DNA of 60,000 bases from Camelus dromedarius (taxonomy: Eukaryota), in the NCBI RefSeq assembly GCF_036321535.1, contig NC_087436.1:104534001-104594000 (forward strand). The letters are read 5' to 3'. Each line of letters begins with the position of its first letter. The first letter of the stretch is position 1. The notes beneath the pieces were generated by a model. The model did no database searches and was not told where the DNA came from. It saw only the letters and a program-made list of their open reading frames with translations. The position numbers and the translations under genes are program-made. Positions 36,650-48,660 of the stretch are shown in pieces.

Positions 36650-36800
36650 AGGGTTGGAAAGAATCCTTAGAGATCACCTGCCCAACTGAGTCATTTTAAG
36701 TCGATGGAATGAAGGCCAGGGGAGGTTAAACAACAAGGCTGAGGGTCCACAGCAAGAGAGAGGGAGCCTCAGGACCAGAACTTCCCGCTCCTGACTGTCA
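36650..36800 (-). mobile_element. MIR3 SINE
   Basis: agggttggaaagaatccttagagatcacctgcccaac..tcatttta..gaaggccagg.gaggttaa. Confidence 0.65.
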
Positions 36801-38069
36801 TGGCAATAAATCCTCCTCTGGTTGATCTGAAATGACTATTTGGGTAGAGTGGGGAAGAGCAGAGAGGTCATGAAGCAATTATCGAAAGGCCAGTCCCAGT
36901 GGGCCCATCCCTGGTGCATGTCACCCTCTCATCCCAACCTACTCTTCAATGCATGCGCTCAGCAATGCTTGTGATGGAGAGACATCCCTGGGCCGCGCAT
37001 TAGAAGAAAATATACCAAAGCATCTTCTGCCTCAGGATGACGCTTCATCCCACAGGACCCTGCAGACACCCAGCTGTGGGACTGATCTGGGCGCAGGTCT
37101 CCTCGCAGCCCCTCTCCAAGCCCCCCGTGGGGCCTAAACAGATGCGCCCCGGTCTGGCTCCCACCTGCCAGCAGACCCAGCTCCCGAAAACACTCCCGGG
37201 CAGAAACCTCAGGGGCCCTCCACACAGGGCTCTGGCCCTGCGCCCCAGATGTCTGGATTGAGCTCTGGATGCTCTGTACGCCCCCCCTCCACCAGCCCTC
37301 CACCCCTCCACCCAGCGATGCCCTGCGCTGGCTGCGGGATGCTGGATCCCCCAGGGAGCTGCGCTGCCACGGAGCCCGGGAGGCGGCCGCGGGGTCTCAA
37401 AGGCACCTAGGCCAAAGGGGTCAGGCAACCCCTGGCCTGGCCAGGCCACCTTCTCCAGCGCCCTGAGGCCCAAGCCGAGCCGATTTCTGGAAGGCAGGTC
37501 GCTGGAAGAAGTAGGATTGTGTGTGGGAAAGCTTTACACGTTAGAGTGAGCATGGATTTGGGAAATAATTCAATGAATATTACTGATTTTAACGTTCCCC
37601 CCAACCTTCCCAGTGTAGAATGGCTTCACATCAAGAATAGATACATTCATTAAGCATGGACTTCCAGTTGAAATTGTGCTTGCTTGTATTAACTTTGTGT
37701 ATCTCCTGTGTGCTGTTCTGGCCTATGGTTAAGTGTTAGTGGATATTTGATGAAGGAATGAATTTACTCCTCACAGCAGCCCTACAGTTATCTCCAACTG
37801 AGGGAAGCTCTGAGAATGGTTCAACACACCTCTCTCCAACCATGAGTTATTTTGATGTGAAATTTTACTCTACCTGCCTAAAATGGGGCTTTTAAGAGCT
37901 ATTACCTTGTGTATCTGTCTCTTTTTCTCTTGGGCACCAATGGCTCTTTCTCTCCCCTGCCCTCCTCCTCCCTGCCCCTTCCCTTCTTCTGCCATAAAAT
38001 CCTCAGAGAAGAAAAAAGTCTCTTCAGAGGTCACCTCCCTTATAAAAGAGACCAACATTTTACAAAAAT

Positions 38070-38270
38070 AGTAGTGAACACATACCATGATTCCAAGCAC
38101 TTAACATAAATTAACTGCTTTCATTCTTACAACAAACCTCTGAGGAAGAGACTCTTATCACTTCTATTTTGCAGATAAGGAAATTAAGTCAGAGAGAAAC
38201 TTGCCCCAAGCCACACAGCGGTTAAGTAACCAGGATTCGGATATGCAAGAATTTGGCCTCCAAAGTCTAT
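38070..38270 (-). mobile_element. MIR SINE
   Basis: cattcttacaacaaacctctgagg..attttgcagataaggaaattaag..acttgccccaagccacacagc. Confidence 0.78.
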
Positions 38271-38604
38271 TAAGTATGTTATGCTATATGCATGCTTTGC
38301 AGCGTTCTCCTTTTCTCTGGGGGAAAAGTAAGCAGTTTGACTTGTATTTGAAAGGTGGTGGTGAAGTTATAGTCTGCAAGGCAGGGAGGAGGCGTGGAGG
38401 GGCAGATTAGGTGAGTGGTAGAGAAATACGCCCTGTGCTAATGCCGAACCCCTGAGGCACGAGGTTATTCGAGCAAGGCTGCCTGGGAAGCTTTGAGGGC
38501 TGGGAACGAAGGGCAGTGAGTGTGGGAACCTTGGCAAAGATCAGAGAGGATCACTGCTGGCAGCCTTTCCCTCCACACGGGTCCACAGGCAGCAGCATCA
38601 GTGG

Positions 38605-39830
38605 CCAATCATTTACTCACTCAACAGACTGAGCCTGTAGTCTGAGCCAGGTCCTATTTAAGAGTGGAGGATAGAGCGGTGAATGAAACAGACTCCCTTC
38701 TCTCAGTGAGCTTACACTTCAGAGGAGGGAGACAGACCGTTCAGAGATAAATACCTTTATGACAAATCATGCTAAGGAACATAAAGAATGAAGCTGGCAA
38801 GGGGACAAAGAGAGACGGGGGAGATGACATATATATATATATATATATATATAGGCTGGTCAGGGATGGCACCACTTAGGAGGCTGCATTTGAATTCAGA
38901 CATAAAGGAGGTGTGGAAATGAGCCAGATGAGTATTTGGGAAAGAGTATTCCAGGCAGAGAGAACAACATTGTGAAAGTACTTGCAGATCATTGTAAAGT
39001 CTTTGGATTTTACTCTGATTGTGATGAGAAACTATTGGAAAGTTTTGAGGATGGAAGTGACATAATCAGAATTTTCATGGAAAAGGATTACTCTGGCTGC
39101 TCTGTGAAGAATAGATTTAGGGGATAAGGACACAAGTGAAGCAAGTGGAATCTTTGTGGCAATAATGCAGGCAATGATATGCTGGTGACCTAGACTAGGC
39201 TGGTAGAAATGGAGGAGGCGAGAAACTATACAAGGCAATCACATTTGTTGATGGATTGAATGTGAGATAGAGATAGAGAGATGGTGGGGGTGGGGTAGAG
39301 AGAGAGAGAGGTGAGGGGGTCAAGAATGACTGCATGGTTTTTACCCTGAGCAAATAGTATAATGAAATTGTTTTTACTGAGATAGGAAAGAATGCAGATG
39401 GAGCTGAATTGGGGGGAAGAGAGGTGATCGGGTTTTGGACATGTCATATTTGAGATGTCTGTTGGCATCTAAGTGGAGCTGTCAAGTAGGCAGTCAGCTC
39501 GATGGGTCTAGAGTTGAAGGGAGAAGTTGGAGTTGGAGGTCACTTCAGAAATGATCAGTGCAGAATGATGATATTTGGCGCCACGGGGCTACACGGGCTC
39601 ATCTACACAAGGAGTGAAGATGGAGAAGAGGTCTAAAGATGGTACACCAATTTTAGAGTTAGAGAAGAGGAGGAGGAACCAGCCAAGTCACTACCAGAAA
39701 AGGGGAAGCACAAGACAGAGAAGGGGAAAGAAAGATTTCTGGGGAAGAGGGAGAAATCAACCATCTCAAATGCTATAAGATAAAGACTGAAAAAAATTAC
39801 CATGGCGTTTTGCAACTAGCAGCTCCTGGG
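38605..39830 (-). mobile_element. L2 LINE, long 3' fragment
   Basis: catttactcactcaaca..gagcttacacttc..gagtattccaggcagagagaaca..ttttggacatgtcatatttgagatgtctgttggcatctaagtggagctgtcaagtaggcag. Confidence 0.88.
38829..38853. repeat. (AT)12 microsatellite
   Basis: Read directly from the sequence. Confidence 0.95.
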
Positions 39831-40689
39831 TATCATTGAAATGATGGATGGAGGACCAGGGGCTTTCCCTAAATTTCTAATCTGGGTAAGCTCCAAATTT
39901 CTTGTGTGATGCAGGGGGCAAGAATAAATCACGGAAGATTTCTGGAATTTGGTAACTCTCAATCCTTTTGAATGCAGGGCATGATAAAGGTTTAATTTGG
40001 TTTAGAACATTAAAGAAAAGTGGCATTTTAGCCACTCCAGGGTGTGACAGAACAATCTACACCTATTGCTTTGAGATTCATTTCAGTGTACCTTTTGTTT
40101 CCTGAGACCGTGAATTGTGGGTCCTGCCTGTTGGTGGTGGAAGTTGAGAGGCAGAGGTAAAGGCAGGGAAGGGTGGAGGTTTTTGCAATGAAGCCGTGGG
40201 AGTAATATATGGAAAATGAGGGCAAAATCTACCTGGTCCTTGGAGTCACACTGATGCCCTTTTAGGGTGGAGGATGGAGGCACCTGTAATGGGAGGTCCA
40301 TGACATGTTTTTTTTGGCCCAGAGCTAACATAACAGAGCTAAAGCTCTTTAACCTTGAGTACCAGAGACAGAATTAAGAAATACCTACTCGACTATGTCA
40401 CCCAGTTAAGTAAAAGTTACGCCATCCTTTTTCCATCTACAATATCCCAATTACACTGCAAGTTTGGAACGACAATTTAAACCAGGAGGACAGACCCTAG
40501 AGGCAAAAATAGTCAACAACTGTCAGTTACAAAATTTAAAAAGCATCGAATATTTGAAAGGAGAACCCATCAGGGGAGAGGAGCTTTATTTTATGTGCAT
40601 TATCTACAGCAAAGCCAAACATTTCTGGAAATTACTGAGTAAGGAGACCCTGAAAAGTCTCCTGAGAGTAAAGGATGGTCAAGGGAAAG

Positions 40690-40960
40690 TCATGCATTCA
40701 TTCAATTTCATTTTGGAAAACCATCCATATGCCAGGCCCTGGGGATAGATCAGAGAATGAGGTGCATGTGATTTCTGCCCTCACACCACTTGTCATCGGT
40801 ACAGGTTAGTAAATAGGCAATGATGGCCTTAGTGGGGTAAATCGTGTGAGAGGAGAAATGCAAGCACTAGAGAGCCACGGAGGAGGGGCACTTGATCAAG
40901 GGGTCAAGAACGGTTCTGAGATGAAACAATGTCTAAGCTGAGACCTGAAGATGAGAGTGA
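40690..40960 (-). mobile_element. L2 fragment
   Basis: cattcattcaa..atgccaggccctggggata..ctgccctca..tctaagctgagacctgaagatgag. Confidence 0.65.
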
Positions 40961-41162
40961 GGAGAATAAAGTGATTCTGGGCACCTGTTATGTGGGAGGA
41001 GACATGGTACAGAGGTACTGGATTCCATTGCCTGGGTTCAAATCTGGGCTCTGCCACTGGCTGTGGACCTCAGTGAAGTTACTCATCTTTCTATGCCTCA
41101 ACTTCCTCACGGTCTAAGACTACCTTTTTCAAAGAGTTGCTATGATGATTAAAGAAAGTCTG

Positions 41163-41246
41163 GCGCTTGCTTCCGCTGCACATATACTAAAATTGGAATG
41201 ATCCTGTGCAAATATGCCATCCAAATTCATGAAGTGTTCCATATTT
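41163..41246 (+). pseudogene. RNU6 (pseudogene): U6 snRNA retropseudogene with an internal 21-nt deletion
   Basis: 41163-41202 gcgcttgcttccgctgcacatatactaaaattggaatgat corresponds to U6 nt 1-40; 41203-41246 cctgtgcaaatatgccatccaaattcatgaagtgttccatattt corresponds to U6 from about nt 62 to the U-tail. Confidence 0.93.
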
Positions 41247-41259
41247 CTTAACTACTATA

Positions 41260-41430
41260 GTCCTACTGTCTAGCACAGGGAGCTATATTCATTAGCTTGT
41301 AATAACCTATAATGAAAAAGAATATGAAAAGGAATATTTACATGTATAACTGAATCACTGTGCTGTACACCAGAAATTAACGCAACATTGTCAATCAACT
41401 CTACTTCAATAAAAAAATGAAAATAAAAAC
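41260..41430 (+). mobile_element. L1 3' end fused downstream of U6
   Basis: gtcctactgtctagcacagggagctatattc..gaaaaagaatatgaaaagg..aactgaatcactgtgctgtacaccagaaattaac..cttcaataaaaaaa. Confidence 0.9.
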
Positions 41431-41861
41431 AAGAAAGTCTGTAAAGCATTAAGCATAGCACCTAAACATAGCTAAGGAGATAAGCTGAATAAAATGTCAA
41501 CAATATCTTCCTCACTTGAAGTTATGTTTTGTCACTTGGAATGTAAAAATATATTTCCAAGGGCTTTACTAACTTCATTCAAAATGCTACTTTCCTTACA
41601 ACAATTTAAGTTCTGCAATAGCAAATGCAGCAACTGCCAGGTCTCTAGGCTCTGCCCTTGAGGTTGGGGAGAGAAATGAGAACCATCAGAACTGGGTGTG
41701 GAAAGGCTCCTGGAGGGTGGAAGGTACCATCCTCAGTCACTGAAAAAATAAATCACAGGGCACCGGCCGGACCAGAAACATTTACAAAAGAGTAGCAGAA
41801 TCACTGTGACTAAATGATCCTGGCCCAGATTTTTGTGTGTATTTTTTTTATTAAGAATTCT

Positions 41862-42002
41862 CTTTATTGAGATATAATTCACAGACCATAAAATACACCT
41901 TTAAAAATGTACCATTCAGTGGTTTTTAGCATGTTCCCAAGGTTGTGTGATCATCACCACTATCTGATTCCAGAACATTTTCATCACCCCAAAAGGAAAC
42001 CA
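41862..42002 (-). mobile_element. L1MB-type 3' end
   Basis: ctttattgagatataattcaca..ttcagtggtttttag..ccagaacattttcatcaccccaaaaggaaacc. Confidence 0.85.
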
Positions 42003-42419
42003 CTTGCCAGGTTTTGGAATGGTGCAAGGCTGTGCCAGAATTGCTGATGTAGAAATAAAAGTGTCTGTGATCAGGAAATTTATAAACAGCATCAGATTGG
42101 AATTAGAAGGCTTGTTCCAGGAATTTTCAGCATCCTGCCTTTCCATCCCCTGCAGGGTCACTTTAGACCTTCAAACTCTGCTGACCTAGAATTGTCACAC
42201 AGCAACACTGTCCTGTGTTCCGTTCTGACATGTGTGTATATTTTATAAATATTCATATATATATAGTGTGTGTGTGTGGTGTGTGTTAGTGGATACCTGT
42301 TAGCTAGCAGTTAACCTGTCCTTTTATCATCCTTTCCTCTCCCTGTCTAACCCCCGCATATAGAAGAGGGGAGAATCATACCAGCAGGACCTTTGGTTCC
42401 CTTCCCCTGTACTCCTTGG

Positions 42420-42640
42420 CATCTTCCCTTGAGTGTTTCACAAGACCCTCAATTGAACTTGTCCACAATGAAACTGATTAACTTCGCACCCCACACAGCA
42501 CCTTTCCTAGGGCCCTTTATGTTAGTGAGTGGGTGACTGGTAACCATCACCCATTCCCTTATTCAGACTAGAAATCCAGGCATCATTTGTGACCCTCTCT
42601 CTCCCTGTAATCATTGAGTCCTGATGATTCTGTTCCCACA
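42420..42640 (+). mobile_element. L2 fragment
   Basis: catcttcccttgagtgtttcaca..aacttgtccacaatgaaact..ccatcacccattc..agaaatccaggcatcatt. Confidence 0.55.
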
Positions 42641-42645
42641 GTCAC

Positions 42646-42872
42646 TTTTTTTTTAATTGAAGTATAGTTGATTTACAATGCTGTGTTCTCTCTCTTTTTT
42701 AAAATGGAAGTGCTAGTTTCTGGTGTATAGTGTAGTGATTTAGTTATACATATATATTCTTTTCCATTATAGGTTATTACAAGATACTGAATATAATTCG
42801 CTGTGCTATACAGTAGGTCTTTGTTGTTTATCTATTTTACATACAATAGTGTGCATCTGTTAATCCCAAACT
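42646..42872 (-). mobile_element. Lineage-specific L1 3' end with a 27-nt interruption
   Basis: ttttttaattgaagtatagttgatttacaatg..agtttctggtgtatag..ataggttattacaagatactgaatata..tctgttaatcccaaact. Confidence 0.88.
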
Positions 42873-43187
42873 CAGGGGAGGGAGTTTTGCAGTGCAGCCT
42901 CCCAGTCTTCCCTTTGAGCCCTCCCTGGATGCCTCCACATACTTCTGTTGAAAGCAGCTTGATGTCCTCACCCCACTTTGGGGGGGCCTCAAAATTAAAA
43001 AAAAAAAACAACCCACAAGTATGAATGATTAGTTGGTGGTAGAATGTTGGAATTTATAACTGCCAACAGAAGAGCAAATTTCAAGGGTAGTAATCCTTAT
43101 CTGTTCCTCTCGAATCATTCCACATGGCTGACTTCCCTTCCAGCATCTAATCCTGGCCACATTCCTCCTTGTTAAGAATTTTATAGG

Positions 43188-43385
43188 AAAAGGGAATTAG
43201 TGTTTAATGGGTACAGAGTTTCAGTTGGGGAAGATGCAAAAGTTCCGGAGATGGATGGTGATGATGGTCACATGACAATGTGAGTATCTCTAATGCCACA
43301 GACCTAGACGCTTGAAAGTGGCTACAGTACCATAACGTAGTACAATTTTATGTTATGTGTATTTCATCATAATTTTTTTTTTAAA
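43188..43385 (+). mobile_element. L1MB-type 3' end with degenerate 14-bp TSD
   Basis: tgtttaatgggtacagagtttcagttggggaagatg..ggagatggatggtgatgatgg..aattttatgttatgtgtattt; flanks aagaattttatagg (43174-43187) / aagaatgctacagg (43386-43399). Confidence 0.85.
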
Positions 43386-43554
43386 AAGAATGCTACAGGC
43401 TGTGATTGTGGTAGTTTGTGATCAGACAGTTCTTAGTTGGGACCTCAGCTGGCCCTACAAGCTGTGGGACTTCAGTGTGAAGCTGAGTGTCTGAATCTGC
43501 AAAATGGGTGTGATTATTCATTTAACAAATGCTTACAGAGTATCCACCAGGAGA

Positions 43555-43810
43555 GAGGCAGAATAACATCATGGTTAAAATCAAAGGCTGGTGGCCTGGA
43601 TTCAAATCCTGGTTCCATAGCTCTTTAGCTGTAGGGGAACAGGCAAGCCCATTTTTTTTTCTCTGTCTCAGTTTCATCATCTGGAAAGTAAAGAGTAGTT
43701 TTTCCATCATAGGGTTGTTATGAGAAATAATTGACAGAAAAAAAAAAGAGAAATACTTGACTTAACGTCTGAAAGTAGAATAGCATCTGGCACAAGATAA
43801 ATGCTACCTA
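43555..43810 (+). mobile_element. MIR SINE
   Basis: catggttaaaa..cctggattcaaatcctgg..ctcagtttcatcatctggaaa..catagggttgttatgaga. Confidence 0.8.
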
Positions 43811-45294
43811 CCATTCTTCTTTGCTAGAGTTGCTACGTGAAAGTACTTAGAACAGTGTCTGGTATAAGTTTTACCTATAATTGTTGTATGTTATTATGTC
43901 CTAGTTCTGGAAACTGGAGATACAGCAATGAGCCGAATAAAGCCTGCCTTCCTGGAGCTTACCATTTAGTGAGGGCAGCAGGCAGTGGCTAAGAAGTGTA
44001 TGGTACAGCAGGGAGCAGCTGATTGTAGGGAAATTACATGAGATAGGATAGACGAAAGCTAGTGGATGGAGTCAGGCCCAGCTCAGCTCACAATGGGCAC
44101 TTAATAAATGTTATTGTCAAGTCTCCACCCCTCTCCTCTTCTCTTTCTCTCTCTTCTTTTCCTTCTCTCTCTTTAGAGAGAAAACCAGTTAGAACAGGCA
44201 GCCCCTGGGCCCCAGGGAAGTCACGCCCATCAGCCGAGGAAACGGAGGGAGCAGCTTAGGCCTTGCAAGGCTGATGGCGATTTCTGCAGCAGGTAGCTTT
44301 TCTTTTGCTACTTTAGAGGAAATATGAATCATCTGCTGTTTGGCTTCCATTTCCTGGGAGGCTGCAGGCCCAGGAAATCTGTGGTTTGAGCATTATCGCA
44401 GAGATCAAATGAAATGGCTATTGGCGGTGGAGTGTGTTGCTAGGACCACTGACAATCATCTCTTGAGCCAAATGACTCATCTTGAGCTGGCTCCTCAGCC
44501 CTCTGATTGTATTCAGCTCATGAAATGAGTCGATTTTCTGGGCATAGGCTGATTCTGCCTTAGCTGTGCTGGGTGGTAGAGCTCATCTGGACCGGGCTGG
44601 GGCAGGAGTTAACAGGGGTCCAGCCTGTGTTCTTATCTCCATTTTACAGTTGATGGAAAGGAGGCTGTTGTCTGTGCGACAGCCAATGTGTGGTAGGGTC
44701 GGGAAGGCTTCTGATTCTTCCGCTGTGCATCATGCTGTTTCCACAGCTGCTAGTAGATTCCAGTACATCCAAACCATTGGCTTCTCCACCAGCTTTCCCA
44801 TACCCACCTCAATTAAAGTCCACTTATTTGACACAGTTGTACTGCAGAATAACAAAACAATGGGGACAAGCTCATAGTGTTTTTGAAAGGAGGGTTACCA
44901 GTTGTTAGACAAAAAGAGAGAGGGAGAGATTGTTACGGATGGCAGATGTTAAGAATATTGATCAAATATTTCTATATCATTCTTCCCTTGGGGTCCTCTT
45001 TCTTTTCCAAACAATTACTTTGAATCAATTTAAAATGAAGGAAAATGGCCCTCCATGATGCAGGGATTGTACTTAACTCTGCACCCTGCCGTGGGGTGAT
45101 CCGGTCCTCTCCAGGATAGCAGATCCCGGCACAGGATAAAGAACACTGTGACATCAGTGACACAGTGGAGAGAGATGGGGGAGCTCTGACGCAAATGAGG
45201 CAAAAACTGACATCTCTGTAATCTCAGGGGGAGGTAATGTCTGTTACGTGATTTGGTACTTTTATGTATTTTGGCATATTTTGTACTAAAAAGA

Positions 45295-45480
45295 CATGGA
45301 ATTGAAGTCAGAAAATCTGAGCCCGAATTCCACTTCCTCAGACAGGTGACCCAATATTTCCATGTGCCCACCTGTAAAATGTGGATGACAGTAAGTAATT
45401 CTCAGGTTTGTTATGGTGATCATGCAAGATAAAGCATTTAAAGCATTTTGTAAATCCTGAATCACTCCCTAAATGTTGCT
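45295..45480 (+). mobile_element. MIR SINE
   Basis: gaagtcagaaaatctgag..cacctgtaaaatg..ggtttgttatggtgatca..aaagcattttgtaaa. Confidence 0.65.
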
Positions 45481-45914
45481 GATGGTGCTGACAATAGTGA
45501 CAACAGTGGTGGTGGCCCTGCCCTGCAGGGAAAGCTCCTCCCTGAGAGAGGTCAAGTGGAGGATGACATTGAAGAAGAGGACACCTGGGATGTGAATGAG
45601 GACTCCTTTTGTCCTCTTTTGTGGGGAGGTCAGACTGGTGACATCTTTTCCAGCTTGGAGATTCCACGGTGGTCTTGACCAAAAGCCAAAAACTCAAAGA
45701 CCCAGGCCAGGCAGAAAACATAGTTGAGTGAAGTGGGCAAGCTTAGAGCTGAGGATGAGAAGAAGTGGAGATTGTGGAGAACTGGAGGAAGCAAGCTTCA
45801 TTTAAAGGGGCAGCCGTTACTCAGGGGCAGCCAGTAACACCCACTACGCTGTGTAGCTCCATATATATCAACACATGCATGTGTCTATGTATATATGTTT
45901 TAAACACTTCAGTT

Positions 45915-46385
45915 TTTTTTTTTTTTTAGTATATTCGCTGAGTTGTGCAACCATTTCCACAACCAATTGTAGAACATTTTCATCACTCCAAAAAGAAACC
46001 CCATACCCATTTAGCAGTTACTCTCTATTCCTGCTTTCCCCCAGCCCCACGCAACTACTAATCTACTTCCTGTCTCTACAGATCTGTCTATTCTGGACGT
46101 TTCATATGAATAGAATCATACAACATTTGGCCTGTTGTGACCTGCTTCCTTCATTCAGTGTAGTGTTTCAAGGTTCATCCTTGTTGCAGTGTGTATCAGT
46201 ACTTCCTTCCTTTTTATCACTGAATAAAAGTCTGTTGTATGGATCTACCGCAATCATGAATCCATTCATCAATTGATGGACACTCGGACAGTTTCTACTC
46301 TGGGGCTATTATGAGTAATGGTGCTGTGAACACTTATGTACAAGTTTTGTGAAGACAGATGTTTTTATTTCTCTTGGTATATTCA
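45915..46385 (-). mobile_element. L1MB-type 3' region
   Basis: agttgtgcaaccat..agaacattttcatcactccaaaaagaaacccc..ctattctggacgtttcatatgaatagaatcata..gtacttccttcctttttat..gctgtgaacacttatgtacaagtttt. Confidence 0.88.
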
Positions 46386-47149
46386 TAAAGGCTGTCAGAT
46401 ATTTCAATATTCCAACAGAACCAGAACCAACAGAACTCTTTCTCTCTTTCTTGCTGTATAAGCACATGCTTGAACAATATTGACTCAACTAAAAAAAAGA
46501 AGTCATGTGAGCCAAACACAAAACATATTCAGGGACCAAGTTTTAAGTTTGGTATAGAGCTTAGTTCTTGTCTGCAAAAGGGGAGAAGAGAAACAGCTGA
46601 CCCCATGGATTCTTTCAGCTTTTAAATTTTACTTTCCTAGGATTTTATTCAACTTTCACATCCACATGCATCCATTTACAAATAAAACTCACTTCTATTT
46701 CCCAAGAGATTTTGAATGACTTGTAATATCAACCTGAGAAGGCAGTTAAAAATCAGCTCAGAAAGAGAACTCATAGTTGTACAGGGACCTGAGCTGAGAG
46801 GGTTTGTGGGAGACTGAAATTTAGTACCTCACTCGCTCCCTGGTAGGTACAGGTGTCAGTGTAGTTTGGAGGATTTGCAAAAAGCTCGAGGAACAGATAT
46901 GTTTTGGGACCTCTGATAATAGCTACTTGTTTAGGAAGACTTTTTTGGGGGCTTCTTTTGTGTGTTCGAGTTTGAAAGACATACTCCCCATTCTGAGGAG
47001 CTCATGTCTCCTAGGGAGACACTCAGGTCCACACACTTAGAATCCAGTGAATTAAATGCAAAGATAACTTTGGTAGCTCTGAGCAGTACTTGGAGGTGTT
47101 GTGGAGGTGAGTGGGGGTCCACAAGGATCAGAAAAATTGTGTTGGGGGT

Positions 47150-47370
47150 GATCAATCAGCCGAGCTCTCTGAAGTCATGCGAACTAGCAGCTCCATCACT
47201 AGAAGGCTGTGTGGCAGTGGACGTGTTGTTTCACCTTAATGGGCTTAGCTTCCTCATCTTTCAATGGGGACAAAATAGTACCTGCTTTACAGGTGATTTT
47301 TTTTTTTTAATTAGAGAAACAAAGTGCTTAACACAATGCCTTGTGTGCTGTAAGTGCTCAATAGTATCTT
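47150..47370 (+). mobile_element. MIR SINE
   Basis: cttagcttcctcatctttcaatgggga..aatagtacct..aaagtgcttaacacaatgcct..gtaagtgctcaata. Confidence 0.72.
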
Positions 47371-47430
47371 TTATTGGTATTTTATCAGTCTCCCTTAGTG
47401 TGTTCTCATCTGAGGTAAATGCACATACAT

Positions 47431-47476
47431 GCGTGTGTGCGTGCGTGCGTGCGTGTGTGTGTGTGTGTGTGTGTGT
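47431..47476. repeat. (GCGT)n/(GT)n compound microsatellite
   Basis: gcgtgtgtgcgtgcgtgcgtgcgtgtgtgt...gt. Confidence 0.92.
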
Positions 47477-48660
47477 AGTAGTGGTGGGGTGGTTATACGC
47501 TGAGGCTGAAACCTCCGGGAGAGTCTCTTACCTGGGGCTGCAAATAGTAACAGGTTCATAGGAGTAATTATCATAGTGTCAGCTGCCCTGTTGGGAAGGT
47601 CAAGGTCGAAAAGCCAGAGAACGGAGGTGGGTAGGTCAGTATGCAGCCAAAAAATTAGAGACGGATGACACAGGAAACTGTAACTCGAAAATAAACAGGA
47701 AGGATGTTCTGGACCCACACCTGTGTGTCTGCCAAGTGCTGTTACTGGTGATGCTGGGACAACTGGATGTATCATTGAGCTAAGGAAAGAGACACAGTTA
47801 GTCTGAGGAAGGAGGAGACAAAATTAGTCTGATGGAAAAGGGAACAGCTTTTGCTGTAGGTAAAGGAAGCAGAAGCTGCAGGTACAGAGGCTTGAGAGAA
47901 TCTGCCGGGTCTCTGGACAGCTTGGTAGGGCTGGAGCATGGGAGAGTGTGGGCGAGAGACTCCAAGTGAAGCTGGGTGGCAGCCGTCGAGGGGGCAGATC
48001 AGAGGGGATCTGGATGCCAGGCTTAGCAGCCTGCTCTTCATTCTGAGCATAATCCGGGCTGGGGGAAGAATGTGAGCACAGGAATGACACTGTCAGATTT
48101 CTGGGGTAAAAAGCTCCCTCTGGCTACTGTGCGCAGCTGAGCTCCAAGAGGACCGTGAAGACCATCCGTCGGCAGAAAGAGCAATTACGTTAGAGCTGAG
48201 AAGGTGCTTACTTTGAACACAGGGTAATAGTTACATGATTTATTATACTAGCAATTATAATAATGCTAGTGTTCTGGAGAGACTTAAATGGTAGAGTTAG
48301 GGCTCAAACACAGTGGAAAATATTCAGGAAGGGAAAGTTTTGAAAAAATCTTCAAGTAAAAAATTGACACTGAAACAAAGAAAAAGGGGAAAATTTCAAA
48401 GCACCACCAAAGTCGGTTTCGTAAAAGTAAAAATGAGAAAGAGCCTCTGTGGATAATCTTTACTTGTTCCAAAACTGAGATAAGAGGCACCTTCATTTTC
48501 AATACGGAAGCAAGAACTTGTTTGTTGCTTCTTAGCTGCTCAATGTGTTTCCTGGTTATATTTGGGCAGCAAGCATGTTGCTATGATCAGCTTGTATAAA
48601 ATGGTTTTTAAATGCTCATACGCTCCTCTGATCAATGGCTTTTAATAGTACTTTGGAGAT

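Larger units (their letters stand above)
41005..41475 (+). mobile_element. MIR SINE hosting the U6/L1 chimera
   Basis: tgcctgggttcaaatctgggctctgccact..aagttactcatctttctatgcctcaacttcctca..; resumes after 41441 with taaagcattaagcatagcacctaaacatag. Confidence 0.8.

Noticed and set aside
41163..41246. Functional U6 snRNA gene
   Set aside because: It has multiple substitutions, lacks the ACAGAGA/AGC segment, has MIR sequence rather than a PSE/TATA promoter upstream, and is fused to L1 between TSDs.
46962..47561. Longest ORF in the track (199 aa)
   Set aside because: It reads through a MIR and a (GT)n/(GCGT)n microsatellite (CVCVCV run), and I recognise no domain.
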